A stretch of DNA of 39,770 nucleotides from Verrucomicrobiota bacterium (GTDB lineage: Bacteria; Verrucomicrobiota; Verrucomicrobiia; Limisphaerales; CANJSG01), in assembly GCA_038209745.1 (NCBI GenBank), contig JBBQXJ010000041.1, positions 1 to 39,770 of the forward strand, in the 5' to 3' direction. The translations under genes were made by a program, and so were the position numbers. A model generated the notes under the pieces. The model did not search any database, was not told the origin of the DNA, and worked only from the letters and a program-made list of their open reading frames with translations. Each line of letters begins with the position of its first letter. Within the stretch, counting starts at the first letter, position 1. Positions 30,814 through 39,632 of the stretch are shown here, in pieces.

Positions 30814-31848
30814 ATGAAAAAGAAAAACACCCGCCAGCTTGGAATGATCGGTTTGGGTCGCATGGGCGGCGCGATGGTCCGTCGCCTGATCAAGGATGGT
30901 CACAGATGCGTGGTCTTCGACCGCTCATCCAAACCGGTCAAAGCGTTGGAAAAATTCAAGGCCACTGGCGCCTCCTCTCTCGCGGACCTCGTGAAGAAGC
31001 TCAAGGCGCCGCGAGCGATCTGGCTGATGGTTCCCGCCGCCGCCGTCGACGCGGCCATCGCGGACCTCCTGCCGCTGCTCGATCGCGGGGACATCCTGAT
31101 CGACGGGGGAAACTCCTACTACGTGGACGACCTCCGCCGGGCCAAGGAACTTGCCGAGAAGGGAGTCCACTATGTCGACGTCGGCACGAGCGGCGGTGTC
31201 TGGGGAGAGGAGCGCGGCTATTGCCAGATGATCGGCGGCGAACCGGCGATCGTGGAGCACCTCGATCCCATCTTCGCGACGCTGGCACCGGGACGCGGCG
31301 ACATTCCGCGAACGAAGGGCCGCGCGAAACGGAGTGGCACTGCGGAAGAAGGCTACCTGCATTGCGGGCCGAACGGAGCGGGGCACTTCGTCAAGATGGT
31401 CCACAACGGCATCGAATACGGCCTGATGGCGGCCTACGCCGAAGGCCTCGCCGTTCTGCGCGCCGCCAACGTCGGCCACCAAACGACCGCCGCCAACGCC
31501 GAGACCACGCCGCTGCGGCATCCTGCGAACTATCAGTTCGATCTCCCGCTCGGCGACATCGCCGAAGTCTGGCGCCGCGGCAGCGTGATCGCTTCCTGGT
31601 TGCTCGACCTGACGGCCAACGCCCTCGCGGGCGATCCGCAACTCGCCCAGTTCGAGGGCCGCGTCTCCGACTCGGGCGAAGGCCGCTGGACCGTCAAGGC
31701 GGCCATCGACGAGGGCGTTCCGGTGCCCGTGCTGAGCGCGGCGCTCTATGCCCGGTTCAGTTCCCGGGGACAGGCGGATTATCAGGACAAGGTTCTTTCC
31801 GCCCTGCGCTACCAGTTCGGCGGTCACGCCGAGGAACCCATCCACTGA
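30814..31848 (+). CDS. gnd: Decarboxylating 6-phosphogluconate dehydrogenase (short YqeC/GntZ-like form)
   Basis: [51 protein letters not shown]. Alternative start at 30790. Confidence 0.95.
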   Translation: MKKKNTRQLGMIGLGRMGGAMVRRLIKDGHRCVVFDRSSKPVKALEKFKATGASSLADLVKKLKAPRAIWLMVPAAAVDAAIADLLPLLDRGDILIDGGNSYYVDDLRRAKELAEKGVHYVDVGTSGGVWGEERGYCQMIGGEPAIVEHLDPIFATLAPGRGDIPRTKGRAKRSGTAEEGYLHCGPNGAGHFVKMVHNGIEYGLMAAYAEGLAVLRAANVGHQTTAANAETTPLRHPANYQFDLPLGDIAEVWRRGSVIASWLLDLTANALAGDPQLAQFEGRVSDSGEGRWTVKAAIDEGVPVPVLSAALYARFSSRGQADYQDKVLSALRYQFGGHAEEPIH

Positions 31849-31858
31849 GGCAACCAAC

Positions 31859-32356
31859 ATGCGCGTCGGCATCGCGGCGGATCATGGAGGTTTCGGCCTC
31901 AAACAGGAAATCGCGGCCCGTCTCCGCGAAGCAGGCCATGACGTCACGGATTTCGGGGCCCACCACCTCAACCCCGATGACGACTATCCCGACTACGTGA
32001 ATCCGCTCGCCCAAGCCGTGGCCACCGGGACGGTGGACCGGGGCGTGGCCGTTTGCGGCAGCGGAGTCGGCGCGTCGATCTGCGCCAACCAGTTCTCCGG
32101 TGTCCGAGCCTGTTTGATCCACGACACTTTTTCAGCGCGGCAAGGCACGGAGGACGACCACATGAATGTGATCTGCCTCGGTGGCAGGACGGAGGGTCCG
32201 GCCGTGGCCTGGGAACTTGTGCAAACCTTCCTGGCCGCCGTCTTCAGCCAGGCACCGCGCCACCTTCGGCGAATCCGGCAAGTGGAGATGATCCGCCGCC
32301 CAAGCAACGTCGCCGCCCCCGCAGTCAGCCCCCTTCCTTCAGGAGTCAACCGATGA
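31859..32356 (+). CDS. rpiB: Ribose-5-phosphate isomerase B (RpiB/LacA/LacB family)
   Basis: [36 protein letters not shown]. Confidence 0.9.
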   Translation: MRVGIAADHGGFGLKQEIAARLREAGHDVTDFGAHHLNPDDDYPDYVNPLAQAVATGTVDRGVAVCGSGVGASICANQFSGVRACLIHDTFSARQGTEDDHMNVICLGGRTEGPAVAWELVQTFLAAVFSQAPRHLRRIRQVEMIRRPSNVAAPAVSPLPSGVNR

Positions 32357-33915
32357 GCCCACCGAAACCATCCGATCAACTTGAACCCACCCTGTTCGCC
32401 ATCTTCGGCGGTGCGGGGGATTTGGCGTGGCGAAAACTCGTGCCCGCTCTTTTCGACCTCTCGCAGGATCGGAGCCTGCCCGAGAAGTTTGCCATCATCG
32501 CGATCGACCGCATGAAGCTCGGCGACGCCGCGCTCAGGAAGCGGCTGCAAGACGGAGTCGTCCGTTTCTCCCGGTTTGGAAGACCGAAGCCGGCGGCGTG
32601 GGATCAGTTCGCCCAACACATCTCCTATCTGCCGGGCGACTTCAAAGAGACCGCCACCTACGCGGCGCTCGGCGCTCGTTGCGCGAAACTGGAGAAGACC
32701 TGGGGAACCAAGGCGCATCGGATCTTCTACATGGCGACGCCGCCGTCCATGTTCGGCGAAATTCCGAAGTACCTCGGCAAGGCCGGCCTCGCGCACGACC
32801 GGAAACGGGCCCGCATCGTGGTGGAGAAGCCGATCGGCTACGACCTGTCCTCGGCGCTCGCCCTCAATGCCGTGCTCGGGGCCAGCTTCGCCGAATCCCA
32901 GATCTTCCGCATCGACCACTATCTCGGAAAGGAAACGGTGCAGAACATCCTGGCGTTTCGTTTTGCGAATCCCCTGTTCGAGCCTCTCTGGAACCGCCGC
33001 TATGTGGAGCACGTGACGATCACGGTGGCCGAGGCGGTGGGCGTCGAGCATCGCGGCGGCTACTACGACCATGCCGGTGCGCTGCGGGACATGGTGCAGA
33101 ACCACCTCATGCAGTTGCTCTGCCTCGTGGCCATGGAGCCGATGGTGTCGTTCGAGGCCGACGAGATCCGGAACAAGAAGGTCGATGTCCTCCACGCCGT
33201 CCGTCCGATCCATCACGATCAGGTCCGCGAGGTGGCCGTGCGCGGCCAGTATGGTCCGGGGCTTTTCGCCGGAAAAAAGGCGGCCGGCTATCGCGAGGAA
33301 GAGGGCGTGTCCGCCGATTCACGAACCGAGACGTTTGCCGCGCTGAAGCTGAACATCGACAACTGGCGCTGGCAGGGCGTGCCGTTCTATCTGCGCACCG
33401 GCAAACGGATGCCAAGTCAGGTGTCGGAAGTCGCGATCCAATTCCGGGCCGTGCCTCACCAGGCGTTCCCGCCCGATGCCTCCCTCGGCTGGCAGCCCTC
33501 GCGTCTCATCATGTCGATCCAACCCGACGAGGGCATCGTGCTGGGCTTTCAGGCGAAATACCCCGGGGCCAAGATGCAGCTGCGTCCGGTGGACATGCGT
33601 TTCAACTACCGCGACAGCTTCGCCGTCCCCTCGCCGGACGCCTACGAGACGCTGCTCTGGGACGTGATGAAGAACGACGCCACCCTCTTCATGCGGGCGG
33701 ACCAGATCGAGGCGGCGTGGGGGTTGCTGACGCCCGTGCTCGACGTGTGGACGGCCACCCCGCCGAGCGACTTCCCCAATTACGCCGCCGGCACGTGGGG
33801 ACCGGAAGCCACCCAGGATCTACTGGAGCCCGGACATCATTGGTCGGCTCCGACGGAACTCAGAAAGCCCATCGCGAAAGCCTGTCGGGTGCCGGCCAAA
33901 AAAGCGCGCCGATGA
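32353..33915 (+). CDS. zwf: Glucose-6-phosphate dehydrogenase
   Basis: [55 protein letters not shown] overlap with rpiB. Confidence 0.97.
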   Translation: MSPPKPSDQLEPTLFAIFGGAGDLAWRKLVPALFDLSQDRSLPEKFAIIAIDRMKLGDAALRKRLQDGVVRFSRFGRPKPAAWDQFAQHISYLPGDFKETATYAALGARCAKLEKTWGTKAHRIFYMATPPSMFGEIPKYLGKAGLAHDRKRARIVVEKPIGYDLSSALALNAVLGASFAESQIFRIDHYLGKETVQNILAFRFANPLFEPLWNRRYVEHVTITVAEAVGVEHRGGYYDHAGALRDMVQNHLMQLLCLVAMEPMVSFEADEIRNKKVDVLHAVRPIHHDQVREVAVRGQYGPGLFAGKKAAGYREEEGVSADSRTETFAALKLNIDNWRWQGVPFYLRTGKRMPSQVSEVAIQFRAVPHQAFPPDASLGWQPSRLIMSIQPDEGIVLGFQAKYPGAKMQLRPVDMRFNYRDSFAVPSPDAYETLLWDVMKNDATLFMRADQIEAAWGLLTPVLDVWTATPPSDFPNYAAGTWGPEATQDLLEPGHHWSAPTELRKPIAKACRVPAKKARR

Positions 33916-34556
33916 AAAAGCCGACGCCGATCAAAGCCCTCTTCGTGGATATCGGCGGCGTTCTCCTGACGAACGGCTGGGACCATCTTGCACGCCGGGA
34001 GGCGGCCGCGCAGTTCCACCTGGATTGGCCGGGAACGGAGGAGCGGCACCGCTTGAACTTCGCCACGTTCGAGGAAGGCAAGCTCACGCTGGAGGACTAC
34101 CTGACCCGGGTCGTTTTCCACGAGCCAAGAGCGTTCACCCGCGCCCGGTTTCGTCGCTTCATGTTCGCGCAATCGAAGCCCTTCCCGGAGACGATCGATC
34201 TGGTTCGCCGGCTCAAAGCCCGCCACGGACTCAAGATCATCGTGGTGAGCAACGAAGGCCGGGAACTCAACGAGCATCGGATTCGCACCTTCAAACTCGC
34301 CGGGCTCGTGGATGCCTTTGTCTCGTCCTGCTTCGTCCATCTGCGCAAACCCGACGCGGAAATTTTCCGGCTGGCACTCGATCTTGCGCAGACCCCGCCC
34401 GCGCAGATCGTCTTTCTCGACAACACCGCGCTCTTCGTCCAAGTAGCGGCGGAGCTCGGCATTCGCGGCATCGTGCACACCGACGTCGAAGACACCGGGA
34501 AAAAGCTGGCCGCACTGGGATTGAACTGTCCGGGACCAGTGGGAGGTCGACGATGA
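33912..34556 (+). CDS. HAD-superfamily phosphatase (YihX/glucose-1-phosphatase-like)
   Basis: FVDIGGVL (motif I), VVSN (motif II), RKPDAEIF and FLDN (motifs III/IV); ATGA overlaps on both sides. Confidence 0.88.
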   Translation: MKKPTPIKALFVDIGGVLLTNGWDHLARREAAAQFHLDWPGTEERHRLNFATFEEGKLTLEDYLTRVVFHEPRAFTRARFRRFMFAQSKPFPETIDLVRRLKARHGLKIIVVSNEGRELNEHRIRTFKLAGLVDAFVSSCFVHLRKPDAEIFRLALDLAQTPPAQIVFLDNTALFVQVAAELGIRGIVHTDVEDTGKKLAALGLNCPGPVGGRR

Positions 34557-35755
34557 AAGGCCCCGTTCCGAGCGTGCTGACGGTCAACGGCGGCTCATCG
34601 AGCATCAAATTCGCGCTGTTCGAGGTGGGCACGGCTGCCGAGCGGATCTTCGCCGGAAAGATCGAGGGTATCGGCCAGCCCCAAGGGCGAATGACCGTGA
34701 AGGGCTCGGACGATGACGACACCTTCTCACGACCGCTGGCCGTGTCCGATCATCCGGGGGCGGTCGGCGTGTTGATGGATTGGCTGCAGCCGCGAATCGA
34801 TCGCGGCGCTTTGGCCGCCATCGGGCATCGGGTGGTGCATGGTGGGCCGAAGCACTGGGAGCCGACCCGCATCACCCCGGAACTCGTGGAGGAACTGCGC
34901 GGGATCATCCCCTTCGATCCTGAACACTTGCCGGAGGAGATATTACTGACCGAGGCGTTTCACCGCCGCTTTCCGAAGCTGCCCCAGATTGCCTGTTTCG
35001 ACACCGCGTTTCATCACGACCTGCCCCGCGTGGCGCAGCTCCTACCGATCCCGCGCCGCTATGAAGCGCAGGGAGTGCGGCGCTATGGGTTCCATGGATT
35101 GTCCTACGCCTACCTGCTGCAGGAACTGGAGCGCTTAGCGGGAAAGCAGGCCGCCGAAGGGCGCGTGATCCTCGCCCATCTGGGCAACGGCGCGAGCATG
35201 GCGGCGGTCCGGGGCGGACGTTGCGTGGACACTTCCATGGCGTTTACGCCGGCCTCCGGGCTGGTAATGGGAACACGATCGGGCGACATGGATCCGGGAC
35301 TCGCTTCGTTTCTCGCCCGGAGCGAGCAAATGACCCCGGAGCAATTCGACCGGATGATGAATCATCGATCGGGCCTCCTCGGCGTCTCGGAAACCAGCTC
35401 CGACATGCGCAACCTGCTCGACCGCGAATCGCACGACGCGCGGGCTGCAGAAGCCGTGGCTTTGTTCTGTTACCAGGCGAAGAAGTGGATCGGTGCCTAC
35501 ACCGCCGCGCTCGGAGGGCTCGACACCTTGGTTTTCGCTGGAGGCATCGGAGAGAACGCCCCTCCCGTCCGAAACCGCATTTGCGGAGGACTGGACTTCC
35601 TCGGACTCGAACTCGACGAGTCGCGCAATGCGAAAACTGCCGCGGTGATCTCCACCGATGCCAGCCGCGTCACGGTTCGGGTCATCCGCACCGACGAAGA
35701 GCTGATGATTGCGCGGTCGGTGTGTCGCGTGCTCGGACTCGACCCTGCCGCTTGA
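34553..35755 (+). CDS. ackA: Acetate/propionate kinase
   Basis: NGGSSSIKF, GHRVVHGG, FDTAFH, RRYGFHGLSY, HLGNGASM, GTRSGD, FAGGIGENA, TDEE. Confidence 0.93.
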   Translation: MKGPVPSVLTVNGGSSSIKFALFEVGTAAERIFAGKIEGIGQPQGRMTVKGSDDDDTFSRPLAVSDHPGAVGVLMDWLQPRIDRGALAAIGHRVVHGGPKHWEPTRITPELVEELRGIIPFDPEHLPEEILLTEAFHRRFPKLPQIACFDTAFHHDLPRVAQLLPIPRRYEAQGVRRYGFHGLSYAYLLQELERLAGKQAAEGRVILAHLGNGASMAAVRGGRCVDTSMAFTPASGLVMGTRSGDMDPGLASFLARSEQMTPEQFDRMMNHRSGLLGVSETSSDMRNLLDRESHDARAAEAVALFCYQAKKWIGAYTAALGGLDTLVFAGGIGENAPPVRNRICGGLDFLGLELDESRNAKTAAVISTDASRVTVRVIRTDEELMIARSVCRVLGLDPAA

Positions 35756-35800
35756 AAACAATGCGCGCCGACGCGACAGGCTTTGGGAAACATCAACGCC

Positions 35801-36994
35801 ATGAATTTTATCGCCCTTAAAATGCTGTTCGGTGACCGCACCAAATACGCGGGGCTGCTCTTCGGCATCACGTTCACCTCGTTTCTCGTCACGTTCGCGG
35901 CTTCCTACTTCGGCGGAATGATGACCCGCAGCTTCGCTCTTATTGCCGAGAACCCGAGGGCCGACGTGTGGGTCATGGATGCGGCCATGGTGGCGGTGGA
36001 TCGCCCGATCAACCTGCCCGCGTCGGCCCTCGACCGCGTGCGCAGCGTGGCGGGCGTGCAATCCGCCGTGCCGCTGGCGCTGGCCCAGGCGGACGCCCGT
36101 TTTCCGAACGGACGGTTCCAATCGTTCCAGGTGATCGGGGTGGACGATGCGACGCTCACGGGCGTGCCCGAGATGAAAGGCGGGGCGACGGCTGCCGTGC
36201 TTCGAGCTCCCGACGCCGTGATCGTTGATCCAGGCGGCACCAGCGGAAAACTCGCGACGCCATTGCTGAAGGCCGACCAATGGCCTCGCGGCCGGCCGCA
36301 CTTGGAAGTGCCGATGCGCCCCCTGATCGTGGGCGACGAACTTCTGATCAACGACAACCGCGTCCGGGTGGCGGGGCAATCGCAAGCTCTGCCCCGATTT
36401 CCGCCGCGGCCACTACTGTTCACGACCTACTCCACCGCCGAACGCATCTTGTTGCCGGAGCGGCGGCGGTTGACGTTTGTGCTCGCGACCGCCGCGCCCG
36501 GGGTGGATGCGCACATGCTCGCCGACCGCATTGAAGCGGCCACGGATCTTCGCGCCCGGTCTTCGGACGATTTCGAGTCGGACACGGTCCATTGGATGAT
36601 CGCCAACTCCGAAGACGTGGGCGACGCGGTAACGATGCTTTCCATCGCCATGCTCGTCGGCTTCGGCGTCACCGGCGTGATGATGTTCATGTTCACCACG
36701 GAAAACCTGAAGTATTACGCGGTGCTCAATGCCATGGGGGCGAGCACGCGAACGTTGCTGATCATGATCTGTGTGCAGTCCGCGCTTTGCGCGCTGTTGG
36801 GGACGGGATTGGGCCTGGGCCTATGTGCTCTCGCCGGCCGGGTATTTGTGAGCTTTGACTTTCCTTATCGTATGATGTGGTTCGCGCCAGTGGTGGGAGG
36901 CTCGGCGGTCGTGCTCGTCAGCATTGGGGCGGCGGCATTCAGCGTGAGGCCCATATTGAAGATGCAACCAGCCTCGTTTTTGGCCGGAAGGTAG
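35801..36994 (+). CDS. ABC exporter permease (FtsX/MacB/DevC-like)
   Basis: N-terminal TM helix, ADVWV...RVRSVAGV periplasmic domain, YAVLNAMGAS and three C-terminal TM helices. Confidence 0.9.
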   Translation: MNFIALKMLFGDRTKYAGLLFGITFTSFLVTFAASYFGGMMTRSFALIAENPRADVWVMDAAMVAVDRPINLPASALDRVRSVAGVQSAVPLALAQADARFPNGRFQSFQVIGVDDATLTGVPEMKGGATAAVLRAPDAVIVDPGGTSGKLATPLLKADQWPRGRPHLEVPMRPLIVGDELLINDNRVRVAGQSQALPRFPPRPLLFTTYSTAERILLPERRRLTFVLATAAPGVDAHMLADRIEAATDLRARSSDDFESDTVHWMIANSEDVGDAVTMLSIAMLVGFGVTGVMMFMFTTENLKYYAVLNAMGASTRTLLIMICVQSALCALLGTGLGLGLCALAGRVFVSFDFPYRMMWFAPVVGGSAVVLVSIGAAAFSVRPILKMQPASFLAGR

Positions 36995-37009
36995 GCGCGA
37001 AACGCCGTC

Positions 37010-37771
37010 ATGTTCATCACCATGGAAACGCCTGCTGAACCAACCATAAAAAAGACCGCTGTGAGCTGTCGCGGCGTGACCAAGACGTACGGTCAAGGCA
37101 ACGCCGCCGTGCAGGCGCTCCGGGGTGTGGACCTGGAAGTTCGCTTGGGCGAGTTGTTGATGCTGGTCGGCCCATCAGGCTGCGGGAAGACGACGCTGCT
37201 TTCCGTGCTGGCCGGCCTGTTGCAACGTGACGGCGGTGATTGCTCCGTCCTCGACCACGACTACAAGCAGACATCCGGCAAAGAAACGACACGGTTTCGT
37301 GGGCGGAACATCGGCTTCGTCTTTCAAGCGTTCAACCTGATTCCCACGCTCACTGCGGCCGAAAACGTGGCCACGCCCCTCCTGATCAACGGCGCGAAGC
37401 GGCGCGCGGCGCTGGAGCAGGCGGGGGCCGTGCTGACCAAGGTGGGATTTGACGAACGTATGGTCCGCTCCTTGCCCGCAGATCTGTCCGGTGGCCAGCA
37501 GCAGCGTGTGGCCGTCGCCCGCGCAATGGTCCACGAACCGCGAATGTTCGTCTGTGATGAGCCGACCAGCGCGCTCGACAGCGAGAGCGGCCACATGGTT
37601 ATGACTTTGATGCGGCAATTCGCGCTGGGCACGGACCGCGTGCTGGTGGTGGTCACGCATGACGCCCGCATCTTCGAATTCGCCGATCGCATCGCCCGCA
37701 TGGAGGATGGCCGGATCACCCGGATTGAAAATCCACCAGGCCGCCGGAATGAACCGCCGCAGAATCCATAG
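37010..37771 (+). CDS. ABC transporter ATP-binding protein (LolD/DevA-like)
   Basis: Walker A GPSGCGKT, Q-loop GFVFQ, LSGGQQQR, CDEPTSALD, VVTHD. Confidence 0.95.
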   Translation: MFITMETPAEPTIKKTAVSCRGVTKTYGQGNAAVQALRGVDLEVRLGELLMLVGPSGCGKTTLLSVLAGLLQRDGGDCSVLDHDYKQTSGKETTRFRGRNIGFVFQAFNLIPTLTAAENVATPLLINGAKRRAALEQAGAVLTKVGFDERMVRSLPADLSGGQQQRVAVARAMVHEPRMFVCDEPTSALDSESGHMVMTLMRQFALGTDRVLVVVTHDARIFEFADRIARMEDGRITRIENPPGRRNEPPQNP

Positions 37772-37779
37772 GACCACTC

Positions 37780-38700
37780 ATGTTTCGCAAATACATCATC
37801 CCCCTGGTTGCGCTGGCTGGTGTTGCCCTCGCCATATTTACCGTCGTTCGGGGTGGTCGCAAACCGCCGTCAGTGCCGCCGTTTTCAGAAGCGCCGCAAT
37901 CGCCCTATCAATCGTCGGTGACCGGATCCGGCATCCTCGAAGCCAACACGGAGAATATTTCCATCGGCACCCAGATCGCCGGCATCGTGGCCAAGATTTT
38001 CGTCCAGATCGGCAGCGACGTAAAGGCGGGCGATCCGCTGTTCAAAATAGATGATCGGTCACAGCGGGCTGAAGTGGAGATTCGGCAGGCGACGGTCCAG
38101 ATTGCGGAGGCACAACTGGCCGACGCCCAATACGAACTTGAACTCGCCCGATCGCTCGCAGCCGACCGCATCACGAGCGTCGAGGCGAGAGACCAAAAGC
38201 GTTTTGCCGCCCAAAAAGCCTTGGCGCAACTGGCGGAAGCGCGAGCGGAGCTGAAGTCCAGCGAAACAGATTTGGAGCGGTTGACCGTTCATGCACCCGT
38301 GGACGGCCGGGTGCTACAACTCAAAGTTCACCTTGGGGAATTTGCGCCGGTTGCGGCCACGGCCGCGGGAGAGCCACCGTTGATCCTTCTTGGCAGTGTC
38401 ACACCGCTGCATGTGCGCGTCGACGTGGACGAAAACGATGCGTGGCGCGTGCGGGCCGGCGCGACTGCGATCGCCTTCCTCCGTGGCAACAAGCATATCA
38501 AGACGCCACTGGCCTTTGTGCGGTTTGAACCCTACGTGGTGCCGAAGAAATCGCTTACGGGAGACAGTGCCGAACGGGTTGATACCAGGGTGCTGCAGGT
38601 GATCTTCAGTTTTGAACGCGGCGATCTGCCAGTCTTCGTCGGCCAGCAAATGGACGTGTTCATCAACACCCCGGACGCCGCAGACAATAAAAGCCAATAA
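37780..38700 (+). CDS. HlyD/DevB-like periplasmic adaptor (membrane fusion protein)
   Basis: N-terminal TM; lipoyl-like halves GIVAKIFVQIGSDVKAGDPLF and VHAPVDGRVL around a coiled coil; ERVDTRVLQV. Confidence 0.9.
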   Translation: MFRKYIIPLVALAGVALAIFTVVRGGRKPPSVPPFSEAPQSPYQSSVTGSGILEANTENISIGTQIAGIVAKIFVQIGSDVKAGDPLFKIDDRSQRAEVEIRQATVQIAEAQLADAQYELELARSLAADRITSVEARDQKRFAAQKALAQLAEARAELKSSETDLERLTVHAPVDGRVLQLKVHLGEFAPVAATAAGEPPLILLGSVTPLHVRVDVDENDAWRVRAGATAIAFLRGNKHIKTPLAFVRFEPYVVPKKSLTGDSAERVDTRVLQVIFSFERGDLPVFVGQQMDVFINTPDAADNKSQ

Positions 38701-38820
38701 GGCTGACAAAGGTCGAGGACACGATTGAGGACACCACCCAAGGCAGGCCCCCCCGTGATTCCTACAGGCCTTCAGACAGAATAGACACTCGGGCTTCAAA
38801 GTGGGATCAGCCTGTTTCAA

Positions 38821-38838
38821 GGTAGGGTTTCACCCAAT
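38821..38838 (+). promoter_or_regulatory. 18-bp upstream motif, copy E (GGTAGGGTTTCACCCAAT), divergent
   Basis: Keeps the invariant GG, ACC and AT positions; 119 nt upstream of the ATG at 38958; CAAATT 22 nt downstream. Confidence 0.4.
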
Positions 38839-38957
38839 AGCGCCGCCGGTTCCAACGGCGCAAATTAAGGCCGAAGTTTCGGAAGAATCGCGGGCCGAGC
38901 GACTTCTAAAACACGGCATCGAAGCCCACAAGCAGAAGAAAACGAACGCAAAAGCAC

Positions 38958-39458
38958 ATGAACACCCAAACGAATACAGCTCTAGTCATCCGTTCAAGCC
39001 TCGCAATCGCGTTGGCCGTGGCCATCTGGGCTCCAACCAATGCCCGGTCCGCCGAGCCTGCAAAAAGTAAAATGAAGATGGACGGGAAGATGATGATGGG
39101 CGCCCAAACGATGACGGAGACCGACATGATTCAACGCTGCCAAGCGATGAAGGCACAAAAGGACAAGATGGCGGCAGACCTAAAATCGCAGGACGCTGAA
39201 CTCACCGCGCAGGTCGCCAAGATGAACAAGGCAACGGAAACCAAGAAGTTGGACATGATGGCCAATGTCGTCAGCCAGATGGTGGAGCAGCGGATCGCCA
39301 TGGATGCGCGAAAGACAAAGATGGAGGAGGAGATGATGCAGCACATGATGCAGCACATGCAGATGGGTAAGGAATCCATGGCGCAGTGCCCGATGATGAA
39401 GGACATGGACGACAAATCGGCCAATGCACCCACGAAACATCACGCAGAAGAGAAGTGA
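38958..39458 (+). CDS. Secreted methionine-rich helical protein (putative periplasmic metal binder)
   Basis: Signal peptide ending ARSA; 26 Met in 166 aa by manual count; MMQHMMQHMQM and CPMM. Confidence 0.8.
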   Translation: MNTQTNTALVIRSSLAIALAVAIWAPTNARSAEPAKSKMKMDGKMMMGAQTMTETDMIQRCQAMKAQKDKMAADLKSQDAELTAQVAKMNKATETKKLDMMANVVSQMVEQRIAMDARKTKMEEEMMQHMMQHMQMGKESMAQCPMMKDMDDKSANAPTKHHAEEK

Positions 39459-39632
39459 TGCCTCAGCGCCCCCTTGTCGGGTCACCTTACTATTGACCTG
39501 TCCCTTTGTATTCCTCCCTTTGAATTCCAAAGCGTAGCCGGCCTTTTCTCATTTCGTCTGGATCTGAATCGGGCGCGCCCGCCATGTCGCGCAATCCACC
39601 CCGTTTCAGACAAAAGGCTCACACTGCTCAAG

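Noticed and set aside
22222..30903. Long alternative ORFs within the Cgs gene (481, 572, 581, 714 and 896 aa)
   Set aside because: Antisense or off-frame shadows with low-information composition; the Cgs frame carries all the expected motifs.
19907..34552. Long N-terminal extensions of pgm, rpiB, zwf, HAD and ackA in the ORF track, suggesting fusions or large overlaps
   Set aside because: Each gene has an ATG at or just after the upstream stop where family similarity begins; the extensions are first-start-codon artefacts.
38715..38734. Direct repeat GAGGACAC-GATT-GAGGACAC
   Set aside because: Only two 8-bp units, not seen elsewhere; could be chance.
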